From positions 14,198,001 to 14,262,000 of the forward strand of contig OX597820.1 in the NCBI GenBank assembly GCA_951406725.2: DNA of 64,000 nt, given 5' to 3'. The first letter of the stretch is position 1, and every line of letters begins with the position of its first letter. This DNA comes from Octopus vulgaris. Its lineage: Eukaryota. Position numbers and translations under genes: made by a program. Under the pieces are notes generated by a model that worked only from the letters and a program-made list of their open reading frames with translations, had not been told where the DNA came from and searched no databases. Positions 1 through 13,828 of the stretch are shown here, piece by piece.

Positions 1-135
1 GGAGCCAGTGGCTGCACCAGGCTCCAATCTGATCATATATATATATTCTTTTATTCTCTTAATTGTTTCAGTCATTTGAGTGCAGCCATGCTGGTGCACC
101 GCCTTTATATATATATATATACATATACATATATC

Positions 136-930
136 ATGGGCCAATAGCCAGATTACTACCTCCCACTTTGAAGGGTATGCATTTGCAATCCAGGAACAGG
201 AAATATCAACCAAGTACCTGATGCACAAAAGGGATTGAGATGCAGAAAAAGCAGTAAAATGTGACAACCGATGCAGACTTTATGGAGTTCACACTGAAGA
301 TATCACCTACATCGTAAGCAGTTGTCCAAAAATACCATGATGGTATCCCCTATCGATGAGACATGACATAGCTTGGACACTCTATAATGAAATCTTTTGG
401 AAGGATAATCCTAAGGACAAAGAAATAAGAACCCACAATATGGTAGAGGCCATAACCACTCTCATAATAAAAATGAATATTGGTGGAATGTACCAGTGAA
501 AATCTCAATAAAATGTAAGCACAACAGACCTGATGTAGTGATTTGGGATGGAGAAGAGGAACTGTGCAGTTGTGGAAATTAGCTGCCCAGCAGATGTTAA
601 CATAAAGCTTAAAGATCAGTGAAAAAGAGAACACTTATGCTGAACTATTGAGAAATCTACAGATACTCTACCCATATTACATGTTCAGATTTATACCTGT
701 AATTATTGGGATGCGTAACTTGCTGCCTAAATACCAATCTTGAGAAGTTAGGCTTCTCAAAACCAGAAAGAAGAAAGCTAATTCGAAGACTACGGATCCA
801 ATCCATCACTGGAACTGTAAAAATCTGTAAAACTTTCCAGAAGTTTATCATTTAAATATATATGAGCATGTCTAGATATGCAACAATATATGCATGAGAA
901 TACATACATGAAGCAAAACATCCAAATCTG
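136..930 (+). mobile_element. Decayed 5'-truncated non-LTR retrotransposon of RLE type (R4/R2-like): CCHC knuckle plus restriction-like endonuclease, with (CATA)n downstream
   Basis: Manual translation through stops and frameshifts gives EGYAFAIQEQEISTKY...CDNRCRLYGVHTEDITYIVSSCPK...MRHD...KHNRPDVVIWD...VVEISCPADVN...EKENTY...FIPVIIG...GTVKICKTFQKFII*, with the stop at 853-855. The RHD, PD and E..K..Y motifs are typical of RLE LINEs. Confidence 0.88.
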
Positions 931-2096
931 CACACACACACACACACATACATACATACATACATACATGCATGCATACATACATGCATACATGCATACA
1001 TACATACACACATACACACATACACACGTACATACATATATACATGCATGCATGCATGCTGCCAGACGAGATGGTGAAGATGCCGACGACCGCTTTGTTC
1101 AAAGCCTCCCTTGACCTCAAGTGGCCTGAACTCTTTACATGAACACCACCCTGTACTTAACTCCATGTCCCCCTACATGGCCTTGCTATTTGCTTTTGAG
1201 CCAAATTAACTAACTAACTAACTAACATACATACATACATACACACATACATACACACATACACACATACATACGTACATACATACATGCATGCATGCAT
1301 GCATACATACATACATACATGCATACATACATACATACACACACATACATACATACATACATACATACATACATACATACATACATACATACATACATAC
1401 ATACATACTCTGTTGTTGATGTTGAAATTCCAATGAAGGAGCCTTGGATCTAGGTTAGAAACCGGTTCTTTCACTATTGGCAAGAAACCTTGAAATAAAA
1501 CTGAACAATAACATCCATCCATCCATACATACATACATACACACACATACATGCATGAATACATACATACATATACAACAGGCTTCTTCTAGTTTCCTCC
1601 TACCAAATCCAGCAAGGCTTCCATTCACCCAGGACTATAATAAAAGACACTCACTTAAGGTGCCATGCCGTGAGATTGACCCCAAGACCACCTAGTTCAA
1701 TATCAATCTTCACCACAAAGCCACACCTGTATTCTTCTTGAATGGTGTTTGATTGCTCTACACACACCAACAGGTGAGTGAGTAAAATGTGTTATAAATA
1801 CGTTTATATTTAGTCACTCCATGGTATGCTGTGAAGAATTGTCTGGTTTGGAGTAAGAGATGGTTAATCTCAAGTCAATGGTATTTCTCATCGCCATTTG
1901 GATTAATGGCCACTTAAATATGGGCTGCAACACCGAGGAAGGATTTAAGGGTGTATTTATGCTATACATAATATATATATATCATACCATATCATATACT
2001 ATATATATGTGTGTGTGTGTGTATATACTATATACATGTACCTATATCTATGTATGTGTATATATATATATATATATATATACATACATACATACA

Positions 2097-2130
<34 letters not shown>

Positions 2131-2640
2131 CATACATACATATATATTATATATACGTACATATATCATATATTTGTACACACAAACACACACATATATA
2201 TATATTCATATATCATATAAATATTTGTAAACATATATATATTCACATACATATATATATTTATACACACATATATATACATATACACATATGTGTGCAT
2301 GTGTATATATAAATATATATATATAGATAGATAGATATACATATGCATACATATGTAGCTATATCTAGCCACACACACATATAATTAAATTCTGTTCATA
2401 GAGTTACCAAAGATTTCATGTATATATATGTGTGTGTGTGTGTGTAAATATACATATATATATATATATGCATATGTGTATATATGTGTGTATACATACA
2501 TACTCATATATAAACAAACAGATGTACATACATGCATACATACACAATACATACATACATACATACATACATACATACATACATACATACATACATACAT
2601 ACATACATACATACATACATGCATACATACATACAGACAT
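931..2640. repeat. Clustered (CATA)n / (TA)n / (CA)n microsatellites, interrupted
   Basis: Directly visible tandem repeats, e.g. 1226-1407, 2060-2130, 2545-2635. These produce the spurious MYVC/HTYI ORFs. Confidence 0.95.
1058..1225 (+). mobile_element. CR1/L2-type LINE 3' end with (TAAC)n tail
   Basis: Encodes LPDEMVKMPTTALFKASLDLKWPELFT*, matching the (WN)LP..VV.....FK..LD C-terminus of CR1-group ORF2. A short UTR and taactaactaac follow. Confidence 0.65.
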
Positions 2641-3069
2641 TGTATACATCATCCATCCTACATACTCCCAAGCTAAACATCATTTCATTTACATCAATTA
2701 AACTTCTCAGGAAATGCCAACAGAGAACAAGGCCGTGTCCCTTCTTGACAAACAAATAATGTCAATGCCTTTAGAAAAGAGGAAATGTTCATGGATTAGT
2801 GGTTAAAGTGTTACACTTATGATCTCTAGATTGTGGTTTCAATCCCCAAGCCGGGTGGCACATTGTGTTCCTTGAGCAAAACACTCCATTTCTTGTTCAT
2901 CCAGTCCACTGTGCCGTTAATGAGTAAGATGTAGCTTTGCAAAAGACTAGCATCCTCTCATGGGTAAATGTGATGGTCTTGACCAGTTAGTCACCATGGA
3001 AACAGGGGAACCAGCTGTGTGAGTCCTAAAACTTTAGATAGTTCTTATTTTGGTAAGAACCCTAATACA

Positions 3070-3480
3070 TGCAGGCGTGGCTGTGTGGTAAGAAGTTAGC
3101 TTTCCAACCAAATGGTTCTGGGCTCAGTCCTACTGTGTGACGCCTTCTGCAAGTATCATCTACTACATAGCCTCAGGCTGACCAAAACCTTGTGAGTGGA
3201 TTTCATAGACAGAAACTGATATAAGGTGGTGAGCTGGCAGAAACGTTAGCATGTCGGGTGAAATGCTTCGCAGTATTTCCTCTGCCGCTACGTTCTAAGT
3301 TCAAATTCTGCCAAGGTCAACTTTGCCTTTCATCCTTTCGGGGGTCGATTAAATAAGTACCAGTTACACACTGAGGTCGATATAATCGACTTAATCCGTT
3401 TCTGTCCTTGTTTGTCTCCTCTGTGTTTAGCCCCTTGTGGGCAGTAAAGAAATATGAAACTGAAAGAAGCCAGCATCCTG
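3070..3480 (+). mobile_element. tRNA-derived CORE-like SINE (OR2-like) with a second SINE family nested at gaaactga
   Basis: Head gcaggcgtggctgtgtggtaagaag...ggttctgggctcagtcc. The insert at about 3222-3455 (ggtggtgagctggcagaa...ggtcaactttgcctttcatcctttcggggg) is flanked by a duplicated gaaactga. Confidence 0.8.
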
Positions 3481-3929
3481 TCCAAAGAGGTGAAATCCTG
3501 TCCAAGCCAAAGAAATCAGTAAACTGACCCTTAAGCACCTCACGGAGACGTGTAGACTGACCGTTATTTTGCTCTGTGTCCAAGAAGAGACTGATTCTTA
3601 TCTCCGTGTCTCTCTCTATTTCTTTCTCTCTCTCTCTTACTCTTTCTCCTTTATTATTTGTCCTTCACTGTCTCTCATTCTTTCTCTTTCTCTCTCTCTT
3701 CCCTTCTCTCTCTTTCACTCCCTCTCTCTCACCCTCATTTTCTGTCTATCACTCTCTTTCATTCTTACTCTTCCCTTGCTCTATTTGTCTTTCACTATCT
3801 CTCCCTTTCCTTCCCCCTCTCTCTCTTCCTCCTTCTTCTCTCACCCTCTCTCTACGTTTTCCTGCTTATCTCTCTCTCTCTCTCTCTCTATTTTATTTCT
3901 CTGTAGTTCAGAAAGACATATAAATGCTC

Positions 3930-4238
3930 ACTTACACACACACACACACACACAAGCATAGATACACTCAAACACACACACATATGCAGACCCATACACA
4001 CACATGCCCACATGGAAACACACAACAAACACATGTACACACACAGACCTACACACATATCAACATATATATACACACACACATGCAGACCCACACACAT
4101 ACCCACACACACATGGAAACACAAATGAATGCACACACATACACACACACACACAAACAGAAACACACCCACACACAAACATACATGTACTTAAACAAAC
4201 ACACACACATGCAGACCCATCCACACATATGCCCACAT

Positions 4239-4300
<62 letters not shown>

Positions 4301-4353
4301 AGATACACCCACATATAAACATACTTGTACTCAAACACACACAAACACACGCA

Positions 4354-4392
<39 letters not shown>

Positions 4393-4540
4393 GCACACCC
4401 ACACACACAAAAACACACACACACAAACACATGCAAACACACACACACACGCACACAGATACACCCACATACAAACATACTTGTACTCAAACACACACAA
4501 ACACACGCACACCCACACACACAAAAACACACACACACAA

Positions 4541-4571
<31 letters not shown>

Positions 4572-4784
4572 CACACACACACAAACACACGCACACCCAC
4601 ACACACAAAAACACACACACACACACACACGCACACCCACACACACAAAAACACACACACACAAACACATGCACACACACAAACTCACAGATACACCCAC
4701 ATACAAACATATGTACTCAAACACACACTCACATGCAGACCCATCCATACACACATGTCCACATGCAAACACCCACCCACAAAC

Positions 4785-4825
<41 letters not shown>

Positions 4826-5130
4826 GACCCATCCAAACACATATTCCCACATACACACACACAAACACCCATCCATCCACACATGCCCACATATAAACAC
4901 ACACACACACATACCCGCACACACACACAAACAGATACACCCATGCAGACCCATCCACCCACACATGCCCACATATAGACACACACACACACATACACAC
5001 ACACACACGCACAAACACATGCACACATACACACACACAAACACATGCCCCCCCCCCCACACACACACATGCCCACATACAAACACACACACACACACAC
5101 ACACAAACAAACAAACAAACACAAACCCAC
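3930..5130. repeat. Degenerate (CA)n-rich array with internal higher-order duplications
   Basis: CA-rich for 1.2 kb. The unit acagatacacccacatacaaacatac/tgtactcaaacacac recurs at about 4300, 4456 and 4688. Confidence 0.95.
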
Positions 5131-5699
5131 ATTAAAATAAAAAAGGGCTTCCAAACAAACAAGTGTATCTCCTAAATATTTCCAAAATATTTCCAAAATA
5201 TTTCCAAAATATTTCCAAAATTTTCACACACAAGGTATCACTTCCACCAAAATATATCCCCCCACCCCCCCCACCGCACCCGTCTTCCCCACTCCCCACC
5301 CCACCCAGCTTCTCGACTTCGTTAAAATACTTTGATTTAAAACTCAGCTATTTTCTTGTCTGTCTCCTTCCTAAGTCTTCATCTGGTTCACTGCCAAATT
5401 GCAAAAACAGAGAAAAATTTCTATGAAACCAATTCCGAGAGAGAAGCTGTCACAGTTCACATTGGAATGGTTTTGATTTTATAATGAAACAATTCTTCGG
5501 AATTTGATGACTTTTTAGATTACGGCAAACCAAATTACTTCTGGTGCGTTTCCAGCAACAGCGCTTTATCTTGTTTTAGATCAAGGCCTGACGTACCATT
5601 TTGTGGAATAAATTTCTCCGGAACCATTCATGATTTATTGATGTATCAGAACAATGTACAATATGTCACTCTAATTCGCTAATGTATTTTACATGATGT

Positions 5700-5805
5700 T
5701 GCAAAAACAACAACAACAACGACAACAACAGTAATATGATAACAACAACAACAAATAATAATAATAATGATGATGATAATACTAATAATAATAATGATGA
5801 TGATG

Positions 5806-5860
<55 letters not shown>

Positions 5861-5889
5861 TAATAATAATAATAACAACAACAACAAAA

Positions 5890-5933
<44 letters not shown>

Positions 5934-6095
5934 AACAACAACAACAACAATAATAATAATAATAATGATAGTTGTTTTTGTTGCTGTTGTTGTTGTTGTA
6001 ACAGTAACAATGGCAGCTGTAGCAAAATAACAACTGCAGCAATGGAGAAGATAGTGATTATGAAGATGAGGATGATGATGATGTGGAGGATGACA

Positions 6096-6130
<35 letters not shown>

Positions 6131-6700
6131 AGTGGTGGTGGTGACGATGATAATGATAGTGATAATAGTGATGGAGATGATGGTGTCAATGACAATGATG
6201 GTAATGATGATGATGGTGATGATAATGATGACGATGATGGTAACGATGATGATGATGTTGATGATGACGATGGTAACGATGATGATAATGATGATTGCAA
6301 TTATGACAATGAAGATGAGGATAATGATTGATGACAATGCTGTTGCTGTTATTGCTGCTAATGATGGTGGTGATGATGATGATGGTGATGATGATGGTGA
6401 TGATGGTGATGACAATGATTACAACACTGATGATGACGGTGAGGAGGAGGAGGAGGAGGATGAAGAAGAGGATGTTAGTGAAGATGATGATGATGATGTT
6501 CATGATGATAATGATACTAATGATTGACAGCGATGATGACCACGACAATGATGATGTTGATGCTGATGATGATGATGAAGATGATGATGATCACGATAAC
6601 ACTGTGATGTTGATGACAATGATGATGACAACAATGATGATAATGTCAACAACGATGATGATAACGATAATGATGACAGTGAAAATGACATTGCAGCTGC
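5700..6700. repeat. (AAT)n/(AAC)n grading into (GAT)n trinucleotide array
   Basis: Directly visible. Gives poly-N/M/D/I ORFs in several frames on both strands. Confidence 0.95.
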
Positions 6701-6942
6701 TACTGCTGTAGATGATTTCTCACTTTGGCACAAAATCCCCGATCTGTTACAGCAGATTCTTTAAGGTGACCCCCATACACCTCTGCCATTCTTTGGTCCA
6801 CAACTCTGCAACCTCCACTTCCCCACCATTCCCGTATTTCTTTTGGCATAAAGTCACATTTGTAAAGCAATTAAGTGTTGTTCATTAACTTAAACAGGGT
6901 GTAATTACTGGTATTATTTATTAACACCAGAAAGTAGGGGGG

Positions 6943-7525
6943 GTAGGCATGGCTGAGTGGTAAGACACTGGCTTCCCGACCATGTGGTTCTGGGTTCAGT
7001 CCCATGGCGTGGCACCTTGAGTAATTGTCTTCTACCATAGCCTTGAACCAAAGCATTGTGAGTAGGTTTAGTGGATGGAAACTGAAAGAAGGTGGTGAGC
7101 TGGCAGAATCGTTAGCATGCCGGGCGAAATGCTTAATGGTGTTTCGTCTGCCGTTATGCTCTGAGTTCAAATTCCGCCGAGATCGACTTAGCTTCTCATC
7201 CTTTCGGGGTCAATAAATTAAGTACCAGTTACGCACTGGTATCGATGTAATCGACTTAATCCCTTTGTCTATCCTTGTTTGTCCCCTCTATGTTTAGCCC
7301 CTTGTGGGTAGTAAAGAAATAGGTATTTTGTCTGCCGTTACGTCCTGAGTTCAAATTCCACTGAGGTCGACTTTGCCTCTCATCCTTTCGGGGTCAATAA
7401 ATTAAGTACCAGTTACGCACTGGGGTCGATGTAATCAACTTAATCCATTTGTCAGTCTTTGTATGTCCCCTCTATGTTTAGCCCCTTGTGGGTAGAAACG
7501 AAATAGGAAACTGAAAGAAGCCCAT
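6943..7525 (+). mobile_element. OR2-like SINE with a nested dimeric second-family SINE
   Basis: Head gtaggcatggctgagtggtaag and CORE-like ggcaccttgagtaattgtc. The nested element at 7092-7506 carries its body twice and is flanked by duplicated ggaaactgaaagaag. Confidence 0.82.
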
Positions 7526-8392
7526 CCTGTGTGTGTGTGTGTCTTTGTTTTGTGTTCTTGACTCTGGGCTGTTTTTCCTGCTTCTTCCGAGTTAGGTCCT
7601 AGTTTTTCCAGCTCTCCCTCAGTTTCCTGCCTCCAGCTACTTTCAGTGTACCCTCTGAATATGTACCAGTCAAGAACTGGGGGAGGAGTTCAATGTAATC
7701 AACCAGACCCCTCCCCTCCAAATGTCTGGCCTTGTACCTTTAGGAGCAAGGATTATTTTAAATGTGTCACACTGGCAGAATTGTTAATGCTTTGGACAAA
7801 ATGTTCTGTGGCATTTCTTCTGGTTCGGAACATTTTGAGTTCAAATTCCACCAAAGTCATTTTTGTCTTATGTCCTTTCAGGGTCAATGAAATAAATTAC
7901 CAGTTGAGATCTAGTGGGGTGTCATCTAAAATTGCTGGTCTTGTGCCAAAATTTGAAACAATTATTTTCTTATTATTGAAGTTACCTGATATTGGTGCCA
8001 TTCAATTAAGAACCAAAGAGGGAGGCTCTATGTAGTCATTCAAACTGCCAGAAACAGCAGTTAAATCTCTCATAACTCACATTCAGCCATCTTAAAAGCA
8101 TATCAAAAGGCACCTTAGAGGATATAGATACAGAAATCTTAAAAGATATGGGATGGTCATTGTTGGAAGGCTTTGTTATCAATAACCTGAGACTAAGTAC
8201 CAACAGTCATTCAATTAAAAGACACTTACTTAAGGTGCTACATAGTGGGATTGAACCCAAGACCCCAAGGCTGGGAAGCAAGCTTCTTAACCACACAGCC
8301 ATCCCTACATCTATTGTTTTTAAGTTTCCCTTAGAAAAACGGTAAATTACATTTTTGTATTTAAACCTTTGACCTGGACTTGCAATATCTGT

Positions 8393-9085
8393 GGAGGCGC
8401 ATGGCTTAGTGGTTAGGGTGTCGGAGTTGTGATCATAAGATTGTGGTTTCAATTCCTGGACTGGGCGATGTATTGTGTTCTTTAGCAAAACACTTCATTT
8501 CACATTGCCCCAGTCCAGTCAGCTGGCAAAAGTGAGTAATCTTGAGACAGACTGGCAACCCATCCAGGTGGGGAATATGTGACCCCCTTCGGTCATGAAT
8601 GACCATAGGATTGCACCTAGAAAGTTACTCTCTGAGGAACAAGTCTGGGCAAGGTTGCTTATGGAAGGTCAGCAGTCACCCACACATACCAGCCTCTACA
8701 CCACCAATGTTATCCAAGGGAAAGTCAAAGGCCGATACAGCTTGGCACCATTGATGTCACAGCTCATTTATTAACGTGCAAGTGGCTGAGCACTCCACAG
8801 ACACGTGTACCCTTAGCGTAGTTCTCGGGGAGATTCAGTGTGACACAGAGAGTGACAAGGCCGGCCCTTTGAAATACAGGTAGAACAGAAACAAGAAGAA
8901 AGAGTGAGAGAAAGTTGTGGTGAAAGAGTACAGCAAGGTTCACCACCATCCCTGCCAGAGCCTCGTGGAGCTTTAGGTATTTTCGCTCAATAAGCACTCA
9001 CAATGCCCGGTCTGGGAATTGAAACTGCGATCCTACGACCGCGAATTCGCTGCCCTAACCACTGGGCCATTGTGCCTCCACTAGG
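8393..9085. mobile_element. Third tRNA-derived SINE family: + copy at 8393-8580 interrupted by a - copy at 8580-9082
   Basis: A-box ggcttagtgg and B-box ggtttcaattcc. aggtggggaatat is duplicated either side of the minus-strand insert. Related copies lie at about 20693-21020, 35040-35345 and 51100-51400. Confidence 0.75.
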
Positions 9086-9234
9086 TGGGGAATATACACA
9101 CCATGAAACCGGCCATTATGAGCCAGTATGACTCAAAAAGGTAACCTTTACCTTCGTATTTTACTCACAATATTTGATGACACAACAAGCCAGTTTCATA
9201 TATACGGCATTGTCACAATTGCTTTTCTTAAACC

Positions 9235-9675
9235 AATTCTTATTTCTTCATTGCCCACAAGGGGCTAAAAATAGAGAGGACAAACAAGGACAGACAAAGG
9301 GATCAAGTTGATTACATTGACCCAGTGCAGAACTGGTACTTAATTTATCGACCCCGAAAAGATGAAAGGCAAAGTCGATCTCAGAACATAGTGGCAGACG
9401 AAATACCGCTAAGTATTTCACCCGGCTGGCTTACGTTTCTTATTTCTTTATTGCCCACAAGGGATTAAAACATAGAGGGGACAAATAAGGACAGACAAGG
9501 GGATTAAGTCAATTACATCGACCCCAGTGCGTAAATGGTACCTAATTTATTGACTCTGAAAGGATGAAGGGCAAAGTCGACCTCAGTGGAATTTGAACTC
9601 AGAACGTAATGGCAGACGAAATGCCGCTAAGCATTTCACCCGGCATGCTAACATTTCTGCCAGCTCACTGCCTTA
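9235..9675 (-). mobile_element. Dimeric second-family SINE (same family as 7092-7506)
   Basis: Reverse complement of the ggtgagctggcagaa...gtcgactttgcc...ggggtcgatgtaat...ttagccccttgtgggcaat body, present twice. Confidence 0.8.
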
Positions 9676-10461
9676 AATTCTTAGACCAATTCTGTGATTT
9701 AACCTCAATTATTTGCTAATCCTCCCCAAAGCCAAACTGTTCACTACATTGGTCTTCTGAGGCATTTGTCTTTCCTCTCATCGTTCTTGCTGAGTCTCAT
9801 TCTTCAGACACCACGTGTAAGACTTTTCTCGATCCATTCTCTTCAGAGTTGTGATCTGCGCAGAATTACCCTTGGGTTATGTTTGTGCTTAAAAAGCCTC
9901 GTCAAGCCAAATGAAACCGTAGTCATGGTCATTGCCAGTGTCAGGTAAATGGCCCCTGTGATATCATATTTATGGCCGCTGCCGGTGTCATGGAAATGGC
10001 CCCTACTTTCTGGTGTGAATAAATAATACCAGTAATTACACCCTGTTTAAGTTAATGAACAGCACATAAAAAGCATCCATCACATTATTTAAAGTGGTTG
10101 ACATTAGGAAGGGCATCCAGCCGTAGAAACCATATCAAATCAGATTGGAACCTGGTTCAGTTCTCTGGCTTACCAGTTCCAGTTAAACTGTCTAACCCAT
10201 GCCAGCATGGAAAGCAGACGTTAAATGACGATGATCATCAACATCATCAACCACATCAATCATAATAGCTTGGGAGGTTGAGAGGTCCTGCAAAGGTCAT
10301 AAAATACTGCTCCCATGCTTTCTTCATGCACCCATCCACCCACCCATTCATGCACCCATCCACCCATTCATGCAACCATCCATTCATGCACTTATCAATC
10401 CAACCACCCATCCATCCATCCACCCACCCTTCCACCCACCCATCCATCCATCTAGTCAGCC

Positions 10462-10708
10462 ATTTTTGCCACCAATATTCCAGAGAGAGGAGTAGAATCC
10501 CGAGGTGCCTCCTCCCCAGAATCCTATCAGAAGCAACCATCTTTCTGGTTGGATTCCCAGGCATGACCAACTGAGGCTATGGATATTATTCAACCATCTC
10601 ATTCTTGGTCTACCTTTAAGTCTCCTGTTGTTTGGCTCAGTTTGAAGAATTTGTCTCGCAGTCTTTTCCTAGGACATTCTAATCACATGTCCATAGTACA
10701 AGAGCTGA
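10462..10708 (-). mobile_element. RTE-clade LINE ORF C-terminal remnant
   Basis: The minus strand encodes QLLYYGHVIRMS*EKTARQILQTEPNNRRLKGRPRMRWLNNI, matching the L.W.GHV.RM...R.GRP..RW.D motif of RTE elements. Confidence 0.82.
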
Positions 10709-13334
10709 GCCCTGATCGCCAAGCTACAAACCCCTTTGAATAACATCACCCCAGAGACCCATTGGTGAGGAGGAAGTAGTTCAGCAGAACATGACTTCAT
10801 TCATCATCATCATCATCGTTTAACGTCTGTTTTCCATGCTAGCATGGGTTGGACGGGTTCAACTGGTATCTGGGAAGCCAGAAGGCTGCACCAGGCTCCA
10901 GTCTGATCTGGCAGTGTTTCTACAGCTGGATGCCCTTCCTAATGCCAACCACTCTGTGAGTGTAGTGGGTGCTTTTTACATGCCACCGGCACAGGTGCCA
11001 GGCGAGGCTGGCAGCAGCCACAATCAGTTGGTGCTTTTTACGTGAAGAACATCATTATCATTGTCATCATCTTCATCATCATTGTAATTACCATCATCAT
11101 CATCATCATACTCATTTAACGTCTACTTTTCTGTACTGGCATGGGTCGGATGGTTTGCTAAGACCAGATGAACCAGAGGTTGTTCCAAGCTTCGCTGTCT
11201 GCTTTGACTTGGTTGACATGAGAGGGGGTGGGGTACTATCCTATCACATACCATTCTAATTTTTTGTTGTTGTTGTTGTTCTTCCATCAGCAGTAATTTT
11301 GTATGCCATCAACTTGTTTGTGTAAATTACAATCCATTTTAATAAGCAAGAACTTGCTGTTGTGATGTTTATATCACTACCAAGAAAGATTTCAAATTTT
11401 GGCACCAGGCCAGTAATTTTAGGAAGGAGTAAGTCAATGACATCAATCCCAGTGCATGACTGGTACTTATTTTATCGACCCTGAAAGAATGATAAGCAAA
11501 GTCACCTTCCGTGGGATTTGAATATAAAGACAGACAAAGCACCATAAGTATTTAACTTGGCATGCTAATGATTCTGCCAGCTCTTTTATGCTACTCATCA
11601 CTACCAAAAATATTGGTTTCAAATTTTAGCCCAAGGCCAGCAAGTTCAGGGCAGGTAGTAAGTCGATTACATCACCCCCAGTACACAACTGGTACTTATT
11701 TTATTGACCCTGAAAAGATGAAAGACAAAGTCAACCTCAACAAAATTTGAACTCAGAATATAAAAATAGACAAAATGCCACTAAGCATTTTTGCCTGGCA
11801 TGCTAACAACTCTGCCAGCTCTTTTATGCTACTTTTTGGTTTTGCAAGGTTCTTGGTGACCCTGTCAGTGCAGGTGCCACATAAAAGCACCTAGTTCACA
11901 CTGTAAAGTGGTTGGTGTTAGGAAGGGCATCCAGCTGTAAAAACCTCGCCAAAACTGACCTCGCTTGTGCTTGTGCCACATAAAAAGCATGAAGTCCATT
12001 TTGCTGAGTGGTTGGTGTTATGAAGGGCATCCAGCTGTAAAAATCCTGCCAAAACAGTCACAGAAGTCTGGTACAGGCTTCTGCCTGGCTGGCTCTTGTG
12101 AAACAATCACACCCATGCAAGCATGGAAGGCTGATGTTAAACGATGATGATGATAATAATGATGATGGTGATGATGGTGAACCACTGCCAAGGATACGAG
12201 TAGCATAAAAGAATTGAAATAGTTTCAACCAGGAGTCAAATCCGACACATACTTCACTGGAAAGAGACTGTTCATATTGTACAATGTCCAATCGTAGCGA
12301 GAATTATCAATCATTAAAATACTATAGAAAATTACTATGTGGAAAATATAAATTGACACATGGAATGGAATAATAAATAGTTCCTCAGAGTTGCGTGTGT
12401 GTGTGTCTACGTTTGCATCTGCATGTCTACGTTTGTGTGTCTACGTTTGTGTGTAGATGTGTTATTTGTTGGCCTAATTCAGTCTCTGCTAAATTTATGT
12501 AAAGATAACAATAGGCAACTTTCTTAAAAGTACACACCATATAAATGTATTTGTGAAATTATGTTAATGGTACTTTAGTATAAACCGCACACCAACCAGC
12601 CAGAACAAATTACTTCTCTATGCGTCTTACTTCCTTTATTTCAATGATCCATGACAATATAAAGAGCAGTGTTCAGTATAAATCTGGTTTATTTCATCTC
12701 AATATCCTGCTACAATAAAGAACACTGAAAGCTATTTGAGATTTTTGATAAAAGAAAATATTTATTTTTATCATAAACGAAAAAAATGTAGCCGTTACTA
12801 TGAACGACGAATACTGAGATAGTCCAAAGCAGATTCTTCTTGGACTACCTATGATAATAGTTACTGTTGTGGGTTCCTTCATGTTAACTGATCATTGTGT
12901 GTTGCTGTTGCTTTCCATCCATTGTTTTAGTGTTGTCACAGCACTCTGGCCTCTTGCTGGTTCTGCTACTGTCTCATGTCTACTGTCCACCATCTGTTAG
13001 TAGTGGCTAAAATGCACTGTATATAATAGTGGTGGTCTTGCTCAGAAAATTGTTGTTAGGTCCAGTTCCACACAGAGTCTTGAATGGTCAGATTTTTTTA
13101 TGATGTTAATTTTCTAGCAAATCACTATCATATTCTTGACTTTTTTTTTTGTATTTTTTTTGTATCATTTATAGGGATCCGGTTTTGATTGCTAAATATT
13201 CTTGCTACAGTCCTTACATGTCACACATTCACTATATCTTCATAAAAGCTGTAAATATCCACATAGCTTTTACAATAATTTCACACCCAGTCCCAACACA
13301 AGCATAAGATTTACAATTTCATGTTGAACACCAT

Positions 13335-13720
13335 TCTTTTATTCTTTTACTTGTTTCAGTCATTTGACTGCGACCATGCTGGAGCACCGCCTTTAGTCGA
13401 ACAAATCGACCCCAGCACTCATTCTTTGTAAGCCTAGTACTTATTCTATCAGTCTCTTTTGCTGAACCGCTAAGTTACGGGGACGTAAACACACCAACAT
13501 TGGTTGCCAAGCGATGGTGGTGGTGACAATCACCGACACACAAACACACATATATACGATGGGCTTCTTTCAGTTTCAATCTGCCAAATCCACTCACAAG
13601 GATTTGGTTGGCCTGAGGCTATAGTAGAAGACACTTGCCCAAGGTGCCACGCAGTGGGACTGAACCTGGAACCATGTGGTTGGTAAGCAAGCTTCTTACC
13701 TCACAGCCACACCTGCACCT
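13335..13720 (-). mobile_element. Near full-length OR2-like CORE SINE
   Basis: Reverse complement runs from the tRNA head (gcaggtgtggctgtgaggtaagaagc) through ggcaccttgggcaagtgtc to the 3' tail gtcaaatgactgaaacaagtaaaagaat. Other copies: 16340-16725, 23450-23775, 27115-27490, 35585-36035, 50235-50435, 58205-58355, 60880-61105. Confidence 0.85.
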
Positions 13721-13828
13721 ATATAAACCATTTTCCTTTTCTTTTTAGGATTATACATTTAAATTCACGATTTACATCAGTCCCAGAATTGATAATTTTT
13801 GTACAGACAAAAGTATACCATATCACTG

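Noticed and set aside
3924-5196. Long HT-/CV-rich ORFs (up to 403 aa)
   Set aside because: Translations of (CA)n arrays, open in many frames on both strands, with no domain content.
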